Source: Gemmatimonadaceae bacterium
GTDB taxonomy: Bacteria > Gemmatimonadota > Gemmatimonadetes > Gemmatimonadales > Gemmatimonadaceae
Direction: 5' to 3'
Length of the DNA: 64,000 bases
Assembly: GCA_051859245.1 (NCBI GenBank)
Contig: JBHYGA010000001.1
Coordinates: forward strand, 448,001 to 512,000
The notes below the pieces were generated by a model, which did not search any database, was not told the DNA's origin, and saw nothing but the letters and a program-made list of their open reading frames with translations. Made by a program: the position numbers and the translations under genes. Positions 37,573 through 47,949 of this stretch are shown piece by piece; within the stretch, counting starts at the first letter, position 1; every line of letters starts with the position of its first letter.

Positions 37573-40008
37573 GTGACTATAACCGCGCAACTTCAAGAAG
37601 CACTTGGCAACCGCTTCGACATTGACCGCGAGCTGGGTGGTGGCGGAATGTCGTTGGTCTTTCTGGCACTCGAGCGCGCCCTCGACCGGCGCGTGGTCAT
37701 CAAGGTGCTGCATCCCGAGCTCAGTCAGTCCGTCAACGCGGAGCGATTTCGTCAGGAAATCGCGACCCTCGCCACGTTGCAGCATCCGCAGATCATCCCG
37801 ATTTTGACCGCGGGAAACGCGGGCGATCTGTTGTATTACGTCATGCCATTCGTAGCCGGCGAATCGCTTCGGACGCGGCTCGAGCGAGACGGGGCCATGC
37901 CGGCGCGGGACATGGTGCGGCTCATTGTCCCCTTGGCACGCGCCCTCGCCTATGCCCACCGGGAAGGCGTTGTGCATCGCGACATCAAACCGGAGAACGT
38001 GCTGCTCGCGCAGGGGGAACCGGTGCTGGCCGACTTCGGCATTGCGAAAGTGTTGCGCGAAGGGAAAGCCCAGGGCACGCTCACGACGGCTGGCATGTCG
38101 ATTGGGACCGTCACGTATATGGCGCCCGAGCAAGTCCTGGCCGAGCCGGTCATCGATGGACGCGCCGATGTGTATTCGCTCGCTGCGATGGCGTGGGAGT
38201 TAGTGGCGGGACGAGCGCCGTTCGAGGGCACAGCGCAGCAGGTGATGTCGGCGCACGTGGTCAAGCCCGCGCCAGCGCTTACTGAAGTTGCGCCGACGGT
38301 GACGGCGGGAGTGGCCGCGGTCATCATGCAGGCGCTCTCCAAGGAACCGCGCGAACGGCCGTTGGCCGAGGCGTTTGCGACGGCGCTGGAGAGCGCCGCG
38401 CAGAGCATCGGCTCAACAGAAGCCGCGGCCACATCGCCCGCCGCGTCTCGCCGTGACCGCGCTCCGCGCACGTGGCTTGCGGTCGCGTTGTGTGTACTGG
38501 TGCTTGCATCGGGTGGCGCGTGGTGGTGGAGCGCGCGTGGTGCCACTGGAGCCAGCAACGTCGATACGGCCCTGTCCACGAACTCGCGCCCCGGAGTGGC
38601 AGTACTTCCCTTCGAACGCATTGGTGAGGCCAACGACGCGTATCTCGCGGCCGGTCTGACCGACGAACTCATGACCCAGTTGGCCGACGTACCCGGGTTG
38701 CGCATTGCGGCCCGTACGACAGTTCGTGCCTTCGCCGATTCGGCGCTCACCCCGACAGAACTGGGGAAGCGTCTCGATGTCCGGGCGCTCATTGAAGGGT
38801 CGGTGCAACGGGCGAACAATCAGCTCCGCGTCACCACGCGCTTGGTGGATGTCCGTGACGGCAGCACCATCTGGAGCAACCGGTACGAACGCACCACCGA
38901 TGATTTATTCGCCGTGCAGCGCGATATCGGTGCCGCTGTTGTCGCGGCACTCGCTCCGCGGTTGGGCATTGCCACGCGCAGCAGCAACGCCGTTCCTGGC
39001 GACGTGGATCCCGCAGCGTTCGATGCGTATCTGCGCGGCCGCTTTGCCATGCAGCAGCGTGGGCGCGATTCATTACGCGCCGCTATTGTGCATTTTCGTG
39101 CGGCGATCGCGCGTGACAGTACGTTTGCGCGTGCCTGGGCGAGCATTGCCGAAGCCAGCGCACTGTTGCCGGTGTATGGCGGTGGCGGATGGGACGTGCA
39201 CGGCCCGGTGTTGCGCCTCGCCGCGGAACGCGCACTCGCGCTCGACAGCACGATGGGGGCGCCGCACTTCGCGTTGGCCACACTCGCGAAAGGAACCGGC
39301 GACTGGTCGCGCGCGGAACGTGAGTTTGATCTCGCGCTGCAGCGACAGCCCGATCTGGGGGCCGCGCACCAGAATTTCGGCGAACTGCTGTACACGGTGG
39401 GGCGAGTGGATGACGCAGCAGAAGCGCTTGCCCGCGCCGCTTCGCTCGAGCCCCAGGATGCGCCAATCATGAGTCAGTTTGCTGGTACGTTGGTGATTGC
39501 TGGTCAGTTGGACAGCGCACGCCGAGTGCTCGATCGTGCGTTGGCGCTCGATCCGCGACTGGCGTTTGCGTATTGGTCGGAGATGATGCTGACTGAACGG
39601 CAAGGAGATGACCGCGCGTCGCTGGTCGCCGCGCAGCGCGCTACAGAGTTGGCACCGCTGCCGTTCTTCGTGGGACTCACCGTGCGCGCGGCGCGGCGGG
39701 CAGGGGATGGCGCGGCGGAGAGCCGTGCACGGGCCGAGCTCAGGGCGCTGGGCGAGAGCCCGGGCGCTGCGTTGGCGCAGGCGCTGGCGGATGTCGACGT
39801 TGCCCCACCTGAAGCAACGCTGGCCTTGTTGAATCGCGCCGTGACCGAGCGTGATCCTTTCATGTGGCAGCTACCACTTCGACTCTGGTGGTTCGACCGG
39901 CTTCGCGCGTCCCCTGGCTTCACGTCGCTGAGCGAACGGTTGCAGCTTCCGCGTGAGGTACTGGCGCCGTTACCGGAAGGCCGACGTGAAACGAAGCCGA
40001 GCCGTTGA
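37573..40008 (+). CDS. Ser/Thr protein kinase with TM, TolB-N-like domain and TPR repeats
   Basis: GGGGMSLVF, HRDIKPEN, DFG, YMAPEQ; 'VAVLPF', 'GLTDELM..L', 'AFDAYLRG'; TPR-like helices. Confidence 0.95.
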   Translation: MTITAQLQEALGNRFDIDRELGGGGMSLVFLALERALDRRVVIKVLHPELSQSVNAERFRQEIATLATLQHPQIIPILTAGNAGDLLYYVMPFVAGESLRTRLERDGAMPARDMVRLIVPLARALAYAHREGVVHRDIKPENVLLAQGEPVLADFGIAKVLREGKAQGTLTTAGMSIGTVTYMAPEQVLAEPVIDGRADVYSLAAMAWELVAGRAPFEGTAQQVMSAHVVKPAPALTEVAPTVTAGVAAVIMQALSKEPRERPLAEAFATALESAAQSIGSTEAAATSPAASRRDRAPRTWLAVALCVLVLASGGAWWWSARGATGASNVDTALSTNSRPGVAVLPFERIGEANDAYLAAGLTDELMTQLADVPGLRIAARTTVRAFADSALTPTELGKRLDVRALIEGSVQRANNQLRVTTRLVDVRDGSTIWSNRYERTTDDLFAVQRDIGAAVVAALAPRLGIATRSSNAVPGDVDPAAFDAYLRGRFAMQQRGRDSLRAAIVHFRAAIARDSTFARAWASIAEASALLPVYGGGGWDVHGPVLRLAAERALALDSTMGAPHFALATLAKGTGDWSRAEREFDLALQRQPDLGAAHQNFGELLYTVGRVDDAAEALARAASLEPQDAPIMSQFAGTLVIAGQLDSARRVLDRALALDPRLAFAYWSEMMLTERQGDDRASLVAAQRATELAPLPFFVGLTVRAARRAGDGAAESRARAELRALGESPGAALAQALADVDVAPPEATLALLNRAVTERDPFMWQLPLRLWWFDRLRASPGFTSLSERLQLPREVLAPLPEGRRETKPSR

Positions 40009-40009
40009 T

Positions 40010-40605
40010 ACGCTGCTGCGTCGGCAAAACACTGTTCGTCTACGTGGCGCCGGAACTGCTGTCGGTTTCTTTGGCGTGAAAGAGCAGAATGGGCGCATCG
40101 GTGGCGTCGAACGAGATAAGCGCGTCGATCTCGTTCGATGACCATTGCAACGACGCGCCGGTGGTGACCGCCCCATTCACTCGCGCACTGATGCCGGCAA
40201 AATCCGAACGCGCGCGCGCATCATCGGGTTGGAGCCCCAGCATGAAATGCACCGCGCCACCGGCTGATTAACCCACCGACACCACGCGTGTGGGGTCAAT
40301 GCCATACCGCGCTGCATTCGCCCGCAGAAAGCGCACCGCGTTCATGGCATCTTCCGTGGCGTGCTGCACGGCCGTGATGCGAATGGAATCGCCGACGGTG
40401 CCGCCACCATTGGTCAGTCTGTAGTTGACAGTGGCCACCACGTAGCGGCGCGTGCGTACGACTCCATTTCGGGAAAGAAATCACTCTTGTCGCCAGCAAT
40501 GAAGCCGCCGCCGAACACGAACACCAAGAGTGGCTGCCGAGCCGTCGCGGTGGCGTTGGGTGGCACCGCAATGTCCATTCGCAACGTGAGCGTGGGCTCC
40601 GCCAT
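40010..40605 (-). pseudogene. Carboxylesterase/alpha-beta hydrolase pseudogene
   Basis: 'VFVFGGGF' -frameshift near 40446- 'YVVATVNYRL...AVRFLRANAARYGIDPTRVVVGG' -frameshift near 40270- 'SAGGA...PILLFH', then TAG at 40040-40042. Confidence 0.85.
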
Positions 40606-40610
40606 TTAAT

Positions 40611-40898
40611 GTGGTGCTCGACGTCAGCAGCACCTTCGCCGACTTCTCATGGGGCTTCGCCCTCAACGCCATCATGGAAGCGGGCGCTACGGGAGCGGTG
40701 GGCGGCTACTACTTCAGCACGGCGTCGATCGACAACATCGCACTCATCGACGATGTGACGGGCGAGAACGTGAGTGACGAGTTCGGGCTGGGCTTTGAGT
40801 CGCGCGCAACATACAGGGTGCCCGAGCCGTCCACCGGTTTGCTGCTGCTGGCCGGCCTCGGCGCTAAGCTCCTGCTCGCGCGACGCCGCGCGCACTGA
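40611..40898 (+). pseudogene. 5'-truncated PEP-CTERM protein fragment
   Basis: Ends 'VPEPSTGLLLLAGLGAKLLLARRRAH'; no signal peptide, RBS or promoter space. Confidence 0.75.
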
Positions 40899-40978
40899 GC
40901 GCTCTCCGCGCGCGGCAAGAGGTGCGAGTCTAACCTGTCGTGCGAAGCGTGAGGGAAGGAGCCGCCTGACGCGTGCCT

Positions 40979-42559
40979 TTACCTGACGATCTCGGCGGCG
41001 CGATCAAGCATCGCATCCAGATCGGATCGGGAGAAGTAGCGACCATTCACCATCACGGCCGCAATGCGGCGTGTATGTTCGATTTTCTCCAACGGATTCG
41101 CCTCAAGCAGTAGCAGGTCGGCCAACTTCCCGGGAGTAACCGTCCCGAGCTCCTGTTCGCGTCCAAGGAATCGCGCTGGATTGATCGTTGCGCTCTGCAA
41201 GGCGGCGAGAGGCGTCAACCCGCTCTCGACAAGCAGTGCGAGTTCATCGTGCAGGCTGAAGCCAAAGAAAAGAAATGGAAACGTGTTGTCGACGTCCGTA
41301 CCGGCGAGCAGCGACGCGCCACCCGCGTGCAGATCGGCCGTCATTCGCAGGCGCGTTTTGACCTCCCGCGCTCGTTCGGCAAACAGTGTGTCCGGGCCGC
41401 GGGGCCCAAAGCTGAACTGTCCCTGCACGATTCCCGCATCCAGCGCCATCGATGTACGCCATTCAATCACGCGCTCCGGCGACACGTAGCGCAGCCGCGG
41501 ATCCTTGAAGCGATTCTTGAACTCGTCACTGAGCGGATAGTCTGAAACGAATCGTGTTTGCATCTCCACGAGCGTCGGTACGAACCACGTGCTATTTCGC
41601 GCAAAACGTGCGCCAAGTTGACGGCACTTGTCCGCGCTGTAGCTGTTCAGTCCCAGCACAAACGCCGAGTCTTCGGTTGCCGCAGCACCTTGATCGTTGA
41701 ACGCCGCATAGAGCGGGAGCAAGTTGCGCAGCAGGCGCCGAATGTTGTCTTCCTCCGTCGCGCACGACATGCGATGCCGATACGCGTGTTCTATGCTGCG
41801 CATTCCCGCATCGGACGCTTCCGCCGCTGTGATCGCGAGCGGCACATGTCCCGCAAGCGGAATGCGAAGCCGCCGCGTCTCTGCCGCCGCCGCAAAGAAC
41901 ACGTCGCGCGAAAGACGAGTGTACACCTTGATGAAATCCAGACCTTCTTGCTGACGACGAACGATCTCGGCCCGCATGGCATCGGGCTCCGTGATCTCTA
42001 CGTACGTGCGGCGTGACTTGGGCGCTCCGTCAACGATGGTACCGCTCGCGACGAAACGAGGTCCAAACGTCTCACCTTGCTCAACCGATCGGCGCAGCGC
42101 GATGATCGCGCGCGAGTCCATCACCGCGCCGGGGTCGCGAAAGCCTGTCACTCCATTCGCAACGTTGAGCAGCGACGACCATTCCCAGCGGTCGAGCGAA
42201 TGGCTGTGCATATCCCACAAGCCCGGAATGAGCACCTTGCCTCGGGATTCGATGACGCGCGCTGCATCCGGAATGCGCGCGTTCGCACCGACCGACGAGA
42301 TACGATTACCGGACACCACGACGGTGACATCGGGAGTGATTTGTCCAGTCTCGACGTTGAGAACACTTACGTGCGTAAGCGCGATTACTTGCGATGCGGC
42401 GGGTGTTGGCCGTGGTTGCGCAGTCGCAGGGCCCGCTGCCAATGGAAGCGACTGCGCGCCGAGCACGGTCGGTACGAAGAGTATCCAGCTCAGGCTGTGC
42501 TGAATCGTGCGGCGCCAGTGGAGCACAACTGTCATCGAATCTCCAGTGGTCATGAGCAT
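40979..42559 (-). CDS. Amidohydrolase family protein, exported
   Basis: 'IPGLWDMHSH', 'FIKVY', 'AGHVP', 'SIEH', 'AGTD', 'GKLADLLLLEANPL'. Confidence 0.93.
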   Translation of the reverse strand: MLMTTGDSMTVVLHWRRTIQHSLSWILFVPTVLGAQSLPLAAGPATAQPRPTPAASQVIALTHVSVLNVETGQITPDVTVVVSGNRISSVGANARIPDAARVIESRGKVLIPGLWDMHSHSLDRWEWSSLLNVANGVTGFRDPGAVMDSRAIIALRRSVEQGETFGPRFVASGTIVDGAPKSRRTYVEITEPDAMRAEIVRRQQEGLDFIKVYTRLSRDVFFAAAAETRRLRIPLAGHVPLAITAAEASDAGMRSIEHAYRHRMSCATEEDNIRRLLRNLLPLYAAFNDQGAAATEDSAFVLGLNSYSADKCRQLGARFARNSTWFVPTLVEMQTRFVSDYPLSDEFKNRFKDPRLRYVSPERVIEWRTSMALDAGIVQGQFSFGPRGPDTLFAERAREVKTRLRMTADLHAGGASLLAGTDVDNTFPFLFFGFSLHDELALLVESGLTPLAALQSATINPARFLGREQELGTVTPGKLADLLLLEANPLEKIEHTRRIAAVMVNGRYFSRSDLDAMLDRAAEIVR

Positions 42560-42583
42560 AGCCGTCCCTGCCGCGAGCTCAAA

Positions 42584-43050
42584 TCAACTTGCAGCGCGAT
42601 CACCAAAGCGCGCCAGATAGTGCCAGACTTTTTTTCAGATCTTGCGGATGGTAACGCTCCGTGCGCACCGCTGACTCGAGAATTGTTGGCGTGAGATAGC
42701 CATCGATTGCGATCGAGCGTCCCAACGCAACGAACTCTGGTCCTCGGTAATCAGGATGTCGTGCCATCTCGTCGACGTGAAGACAAAAGCCCGCGTGCCA
42801 CTCCAGCGAACAGGGGAGCGCCCGAGCGAACTCCTCAATCTCCGAACCGCGAAAACATGGGTCGTCGCGCGATGTCGGAAGTTCAACGCACCAACTTTAG
42901 GACGTGCTGCGGTCGGAGCCGCATCGTAGGCGCCGCCAAAGAGTCGAGTCTCCCAGTGCCAACGCTCGCCGCCCGGAAATGCAGACAAGCTTCCCGCGCC
43001 GGTGCCGGAGGTGGAGACCAAGCGGTGGCGTTCAACGAACGACCTCATGG
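42584..43050 (-). pseudogene. DUF3626 family pseudogene
   Basis: 'PGGERWHWETRLFGGAYD..RPKVGALN' joined out of frame to 'DPCFRG..EWHAGF..HPDYRGPE..QDLKK', then an A7 frameshift before 'VWHYLARFG'. Confidence 0.8.
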
Positions 43051-43098
43051 AAGGAATCAAGGCACGTCTACAGCGACGTGAGTCACCAGATGCGTCAC

Positions 43099-43515
43099 TT
43101 AAGGGTAGATCAGATCAATCGACGTGACGGGTGCAGCTTCGAGTGTTGTTGCGAAGCCGACAATGACGCTATCGCGCGGCGCGCCCCTACGATTCAAATC
43201 TACTTCACATCGCACGCGAAGCTCAGCTACTTGGTCAGCGGAGAATAGTCCGACCGGCGGAAGCGCTCCCGTAGCACGGAAGCGACCTGCAGCGTCACTC
43301 ATCGCAGTCGTGAGGAAACCGCCGATCGGCGACTCACACTTGCCAAAAATAACCTCGACTCCGACCGCCGGTGCGCCGCTCGGCTGGCGCACCGTGCCGA
43401 CAAGCACAGTGTAACCAGCCGGCGGTCCCCAGTCGTCAATGATGACGCCGCGATCCCCGCAGGATGCAAGCAATGCCATGGCGGCGGCGCACATGGAAAG
43501 TCGAGGATGTTTCAT
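43099..43515 (-). CDS. Hypothetical lipoprotein (beta-sandwich, carboxypeptidase-regulatory-like)
   Basis: Lipobox LASC; 'GTVRQPSGAPAVGVEV', 'SDAAGRF'; GAGG RBS. Confidence 0.7.
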   Translation of the reverse strand: MKHPRLSMCAAAMALLASCGDRGVIIDDWGPPAGYTVLVGTVRQPSGAPAVGVEVIFGKCESPIGGFLTTAMSDAAGRFRATGALPPVGLFSADQVAELRVRCEVDLNRRGAPRDSVIVGFATTLEAAPVTSIDLIYP

Positions 43516-43788
43516 TTGCGTCTTCGCCTCTGGAGATCTGACTGGCGAACTTGAATGCGTTATCGAGCCGAGTGATCGTGAAGAATCAATCTCGGTGTGC
43601 AGCTATTGGAACAGCAATGCGGCAGATCCACCCAGGCAGCGCAAGCGAGGACCCGCATTGATGTAAACCTAGTGCCAGGCCCGGACCCACCGTATTGTTC
43701 AGTTAGGCGGCGTCCCCTCCCCGCGCCGTGGTTTCCACCCTCGCTCGGCTCGCGACACGGGCCGGCACTTCGACCGAGTACAGTCGCC

Positions 43789-44412
43789 ATGAACGTCCAA
43801 CGCTCGATCCTCGCCGTCGCTGTCGTCTCACTGCTCGCCGGCGCGTCGTCGGTGACGTTCGCACAGGCCAGCGGACACAGCGGGCACAGCATGCACGGCA
43901 TGAATATGCCCGAGATCGTGATCCCTGCAGGGGCAGGTTACACGAAGGCCGATGTTGAGTTCATGCAGGGAATGATCGCGCACCACGCGCAAGCGATCGT
44001 CATGGCGCGACTGGCCGAGTCGAACGGCGCGAATCCGCAGGTGCTCAAGCTCTCGCGAAAGATCGATCAGTCGCAGGTGCCGGAGATTCAGATCATGCAA
44101 GAGTGGTTGCGCCAGTACAAACAGTTCGCACCCGACACCTCCTCGTGGCAACACATGTCGATGACGGGCATGCTGACCACGGAGCAGCTCAAGGAACTCG
44201 AAGTAGCCAAAGGCGTCGAGTTTGATCGCGCGTTCCTCAAATACATGATCATGCACCATGAGGGCGCGTTGAAAATGGTCGATGATCTCTTCGCGTCTCC
44301 GATGGCCGGTCAGGAAGTCGACGTGTCGGTATTCGCGAACGATGTCGTGACGGCGCAGACCGGCGAGATTGGCATCATGCGACGACTGCTCGCCCAGCTC
44401 CCGCCGAAGTAA
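43789..44412 (+). CDS. DUF305 (CopM-like, ferritin-like fold) exported protein
   Basis: 'ADVEFMQGMIAHHAQAIVM', 'MTGML', 'FLKYMIMHHEGALKM', 'QTGEI..M'; His/Met-rich N-terminus. Confidence 0.92.
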   Translation: MNVQRSILAVAVVSLLAGASSVTFAQASGHSGHSMHGMNMPEIVIPAGAGYTKADVEFMQGMIAHHAQAIVMARLAESNGANPQVLKLSRKIDQSQVPEIQIMQEWLRQYKQFAPDTSSWQHMSMTGMLTTEQLKELEVAKGVEFDRAFLKYMIMHHEGALKMVDDLFASPMAGQEVDVSVFANDVVTAQTGEIGIMRRLLAQLPPK

Positions 44413-44493
44413 CGCACCACGTCGTTGCGCCCGACGAAACGCGACGCGCACGGCGTCCCGCCCGCCCCAATCCCACCACAGGAGTTTGTCCCC

Positions 44494-46362
44494 ATGCGTG
44501 TCGACCGTGGCTTGAATTTTCTCCGGATACTTCTGCTGGCGTCTCTTGTCGCGCCGAGCATCGCGTCGTCGCAGACGTACCCGACGAGACAGGATCCCCG
44601 CTCCAACCTGAAGCCCGGGCGCCACGACGCCGGCACCGCGTTTCTCGGCATGAAGCTTGTGTCGAACACACACAAACCGCCGCAGCTCGACACGACTCGC
44701 GGTCTGACGTTCGCCAACTCCGACATCGCGTTTGGCACGCACTACGCCTATCAGGGCAACTTTGCCGGCTTCACCATTTGGGACATTACCGATCCGGCCA
44801 AGCCGGTCGTCACGGCGGTTGTAAAGTGTACCACGTCGCAGGGAGACCCATCAATCGTCGGGAATCTGCTGTTCCTCTCGGCGGAGGGCGCGGGCAATCG
44901 CAATGATTGCGGAAGCCAGGGTGTGCAGGACCCGAAGGATCACATGGCGGGTGTGCGCATTTTCGACGTATCCAATCCGAAGGCGCCCAAACTTGTGAAG
45001 AACGTGCAGACGTGCAAAGGATCGCATACGCACACCATCGTACCGAGCAAGAAGGATCCGAACATCATCTACATCTACGTGTCGGGGCAGTCGAATGCGC
45101 GGCCCGAGACGGAACTGGCCGGCTGCAAGAACGGCACGGATCCGGATGATCCAACGAACTCGCTGTACATGCTCGACATCATCAAAGTGGAGCTCGATCA
45201 TCCCGAACGCGCTGTGGTAATTCCTGGCGCGCGGATTTTCTCGGGTCTCGACGTTGATGCAACGTGCAAGCAGTTCTGTGCGCCCACTGATCCGCGTCGT
45301 CCTGCTGGCCGCGGTGGACGTCGCGTTCCGGGTGATACCGCGGCGGAACCGCTGCACACCGGTCCGCGCAACTGTCATGACGTGACTGCGTATCCGGCGC
45401 TCAACCTGCTGGCCGCTGCGTGTTCGACGCACTCCATTCTGGTGGACATCTCAAACCCCGAAAAACCGTTTCGCATCGACGCACTGACCGACGAAAACAA
45501 TTATCAGGGGCGCCACACGGCCGCGTTCAGCAACGATGGCACGAAGATGATGCAGACCGACGAGTGGGGCGGCGGCACGGGCCCGATGTGTCAGGAGTCG
45601 AGCATGATTGAGCTGGGCGGCAACACGGTCATTTCACTCGATGCAAAAAAGAAACAGAAGCAGCGCGCGTACTTCAAGCTGCCGTCGGCGCAGTCCGCCG
45701 AAGAAAACTGTGTGGCGCACAACGGAGGAATTATCCCGGTACCGGGACGCGATCTGTATGTGCAGGCGTGGTATCAGGGTGGCATCAACGTGATGGACTT
45801 CACCGACCCGGACAAGGCGATCGAAATCGCGTACTTCGATCGTGGGTCGATCGATCCGCCGGCACTGGTTGATGTTCCGTCGGCCGCGGCTGAAGCGGCG
45901 TTGGCGGCGAGCGGTGGTCGCAGTCGCAACACGATTGGCGGATCATGGGGCGCGTACTACTGGAACGGCATGATCTATTCTTCCGAGATCGATCGCGGAT
46001 TGGATATTGTTGAGCTGACGCCAACCGCGCAGCTGTCTGCGAACGAAATCGCGGCCGCAAAGTTGGTTGTCCTCACCGACTACAATCCACAAAGCCAGCC
46101 CAAGATCACGTGGCCGCCGGCGTTCGTTGTTGTGCGGTCGTACTACGACCAGCTGGTGCGCGGCAAGGGTCTCGCTGCGGACCGTCTCGCGGCGATTGCA
46201 ACCGCACTCGACGCAGCGGAGATGAAGTCCGGCGCGGCGCGCGCGAGCGCGCTCAACGTGCTTGCTCGGCAGGTCGATGGTGATGTGAAGGGCGCTGCAG
46301 ACAGCGCGCGTGTGCGCACGATGGCGAGCGAGATTCGCCGTCTGGCAACAGCATCGAAGTAG
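44494..46362 (+). CDS. LVIVD-repeat beta-propeller protein, exported
   Basis: AGGAG RBS; 'NSDIAF', 'IWDITDP', 'IFDVSNP', 'GSHTHT', 'CHDVT', 'TDEWGGG', 'NCVAHNG', 'WYQGG..VMDFTDP'. Confidence 0.88.
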   Translation: MRVDRGLNFLRILLLASLVAPSIASSQTYPTRQDPRSNLKPGRHDAGTAFLGMKLVSNTHKPPQLDTTRGLTFANSDIAFGTHYAYQGNFAGFTIWDITDPAKPVVTAVVKCTTSQGDPSIVGNLLFLSAEGAGNRNDCGSQGVQDPKDHMAGVRIFDVSNPKAPKLVKNVQTCKGSHTHTIVPSKKDPNIIYIYVSGQSNARPETELAGCKNGTDPDDPTNSLYMLDIIKVELDHPERAVVIPGARIFSGLDVDATCKQFCAPTDPRRPAGRGGRRVPGDTAAEPLHTGPRNCHDVTAYPALNLLAAACSTHSILVDISNPEKPFRIDALTDENNYQGRHTAAFSNDGTKMMQTDEWGGGTGPMCQESSMIELGGNTVISLDAKKKQKQRAYFKLPSAQSAEENCVAHNGGIIPVPGRDLYVQAWYQGGINVMDFTDPDKAIEIAYFDRGSIDPPALVDVPSAAAEAALAASGGRSRNTIGGSWGAYYWNGMIYSSEIDRGLDIVELTPTAQLSANEIAAAKLVVLTDYNPQSQPKITWPPAFVVVRSYYDQLVRGKGLAADRLAAIATALDAAEMKSGAARASALNVLARQVDGDVKGAADSARVRTMASEIRRLATASK

Positions 46363-46388
46363 CTGCGGTTACGCCTCGCTGTTTGTAT

Positions 46389-46422
46389 GAATGGCGCCTC
46401 TCACAGGGGCGCCATTCTTTTT
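46389..46422 (+). terminator. Rho-independent terminator
   Basis: GAATGGCGCCTCT-cac-AGGGGCGCCATTC followed by TTTTT. Confidence 0.85.
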
Positions 46423-46475
46423 CCGCCGTTGTTCGTGTGTGTCACGTGATATAGGACTCTCCAGGGAACGGTCGC

Positions 46476-47852
46476 ATGCTGAAAACGGACTATCTGGTCA
46501 TCGGTGCGGGCGCAGCCGGCATGGCCATTACCGACGCGCTGCTTAGTCATAGTGACGCCACGATCACCATCGTCGATCGTCGACACCTGCCGGGAGGGCA
46601 TTGGATCGACGCGTACCCGTACGTGCGTCTGCATCAGCCGTCGGCATTCTATGGGGTGGACTCTACGCCACTGGGGCAGGATAGCCTCGACGTAACCGGT
46701 TGGAATGCCGGGTACCACGAACTCGCCACGGCAGACGAAATCCGTGCGTATTTTCATCGCGTGATGGAACGTCGCTTTCTCGCAAGCGGTCGCGTCCAGT
46801 ACTTCCCAAACAGCGACTACATCGGTGAGCAGCGTTTCGTGAGCAGGCTCACCGGGCAAGAACGGGAGTGTCGTGTCACGCGCAAAATCATCGATACGAG
46901 GTATCTGGAAGGGGAGATCCCCGCCACCAGTGCGCCCCCGTTTGATGTCGCCACGGGAGTGCGCTGTGTTCCGGCGGGCGGCATCACGCGCCTCGACGAG
47001 CAACCCGACGATTTTGTTGTAATAGGCGCCGGGAAGACCGCTCTCGATACCTGCATCTGGCTGCTCACACAGGGCGTGCCTCCCTCGTGCATTCGCTGGA
47101 TCAAGCCACGCGAATGTTGGTGGCTCAATCGCCGCTTTTTGCAGCCGCATGCAGGGCTGCCCGAGATGTACCGTGGCGTGGCCATCCAACTGGAGGCGAT
47201 GGCGCAGTCGACGTCGATCGCAAATCTGATGGCACGGTTGGAAGCGGAGCACATCGTTTTACGCGTGGACACCACCGTGACGCCGACCATGTACCGCGGC
47301 GCGGTCATTGGTGAGTCTGAGATTGAGCTCGTTCGTCAGATTCATCAGGTAATCCGACACGGCCATGTCCGCTCGATCAGTTCGGACACCATCATGCTCG
47401 ACCAGGGGCAGGTGAAGACGCACCCACGCGCCTTGCACATCCACTGCGCAGCCCGCGGTCTTGCCCGACCTCCGTTGCGGCCGATCTTCGAGCCGGGCCG
47501 GATGACCGTGCAGCCGTTCTTGCGGGGATTCGCTTGCTTTCAGTTTGCCATGCTGGGTGTTGCGGAAGCGATGCTCGAGACGGACGCACAGAAGAACGAG
47601 CTGTTTCCGCCCATCGCGTATTGGGACAACAACGTTGACTTCATCACCGGCTTCCTCGCCACCATGGCGAACACCCGAGGACGCGCCGCATACCCCGCAC
47701 TCGCGAGCTGGGCGAATGAGTCTCGCCTCAACCCGCTCGCCGGCGTCGATCGCTTCCGCGATCACCCGACGGTGATCGATTCCCAAGCACGGATCAAACT
47801 CTCAGGGCCCGCGGCCGTCGATACGCTGACGCGCTTGCTACGATCCCCTTGA
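46476..47852 (+). CDS. NAD(P)/FAD-dependent oxidoreductase
   Basis: 'DYLVIGAGAAG', 'PGGHW..AYPYVRLHQPS', second Rossmann 'VVIGAGKTALD'. Confidence 0.9.
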   Translation: MLKTDYLVIGAGAAGMAITDALLSHSDATITIVDRRHLPGGHWIDAYPYVRLHQPSAFYGVDSTPLGQDSLDVTGWNAGYHELATADEIRAYFHRVMERRFLASGRVQYFPNSDYIGEQRFVSRLTGQERECRVTRKIIDTRYLEGEIPATSAPPFDVATGVRCVPAGGITRLDEQPDDFVVIGAGKTALDTCIWLLTQGVPPSCIRWIKPRECWWLNRRFLQPHAGLPEMYRGVAIQLEAMAQSTSIANLMARLEAEHIVLRVDTTVTPTMYRGAVIGESEIELVRQIHQVIRHGHVRSISSDTIMLDQGQVKTHPRALHIHCAARGLARPPLRPIFEPGRMTVQPFLRGFACFQFAMLGVAEAMLETDAQKNELFPPIAYWDNNVDFITGFLATMANTRGRAAYPALASWANESRLNPLAGVDRFRDHPTVIDSQARIKLSGPAAVDTLTRLLRSP

Positions 47853-47949
47853 ACCTTGCGGCGACGTCCGCGGATAACCGTAATGGCTTCGCGGAGCTAC
47901 TTTGTCGCACCATCAAACTGCACGAGCACCGTCGAACGGAGAGATAGCC

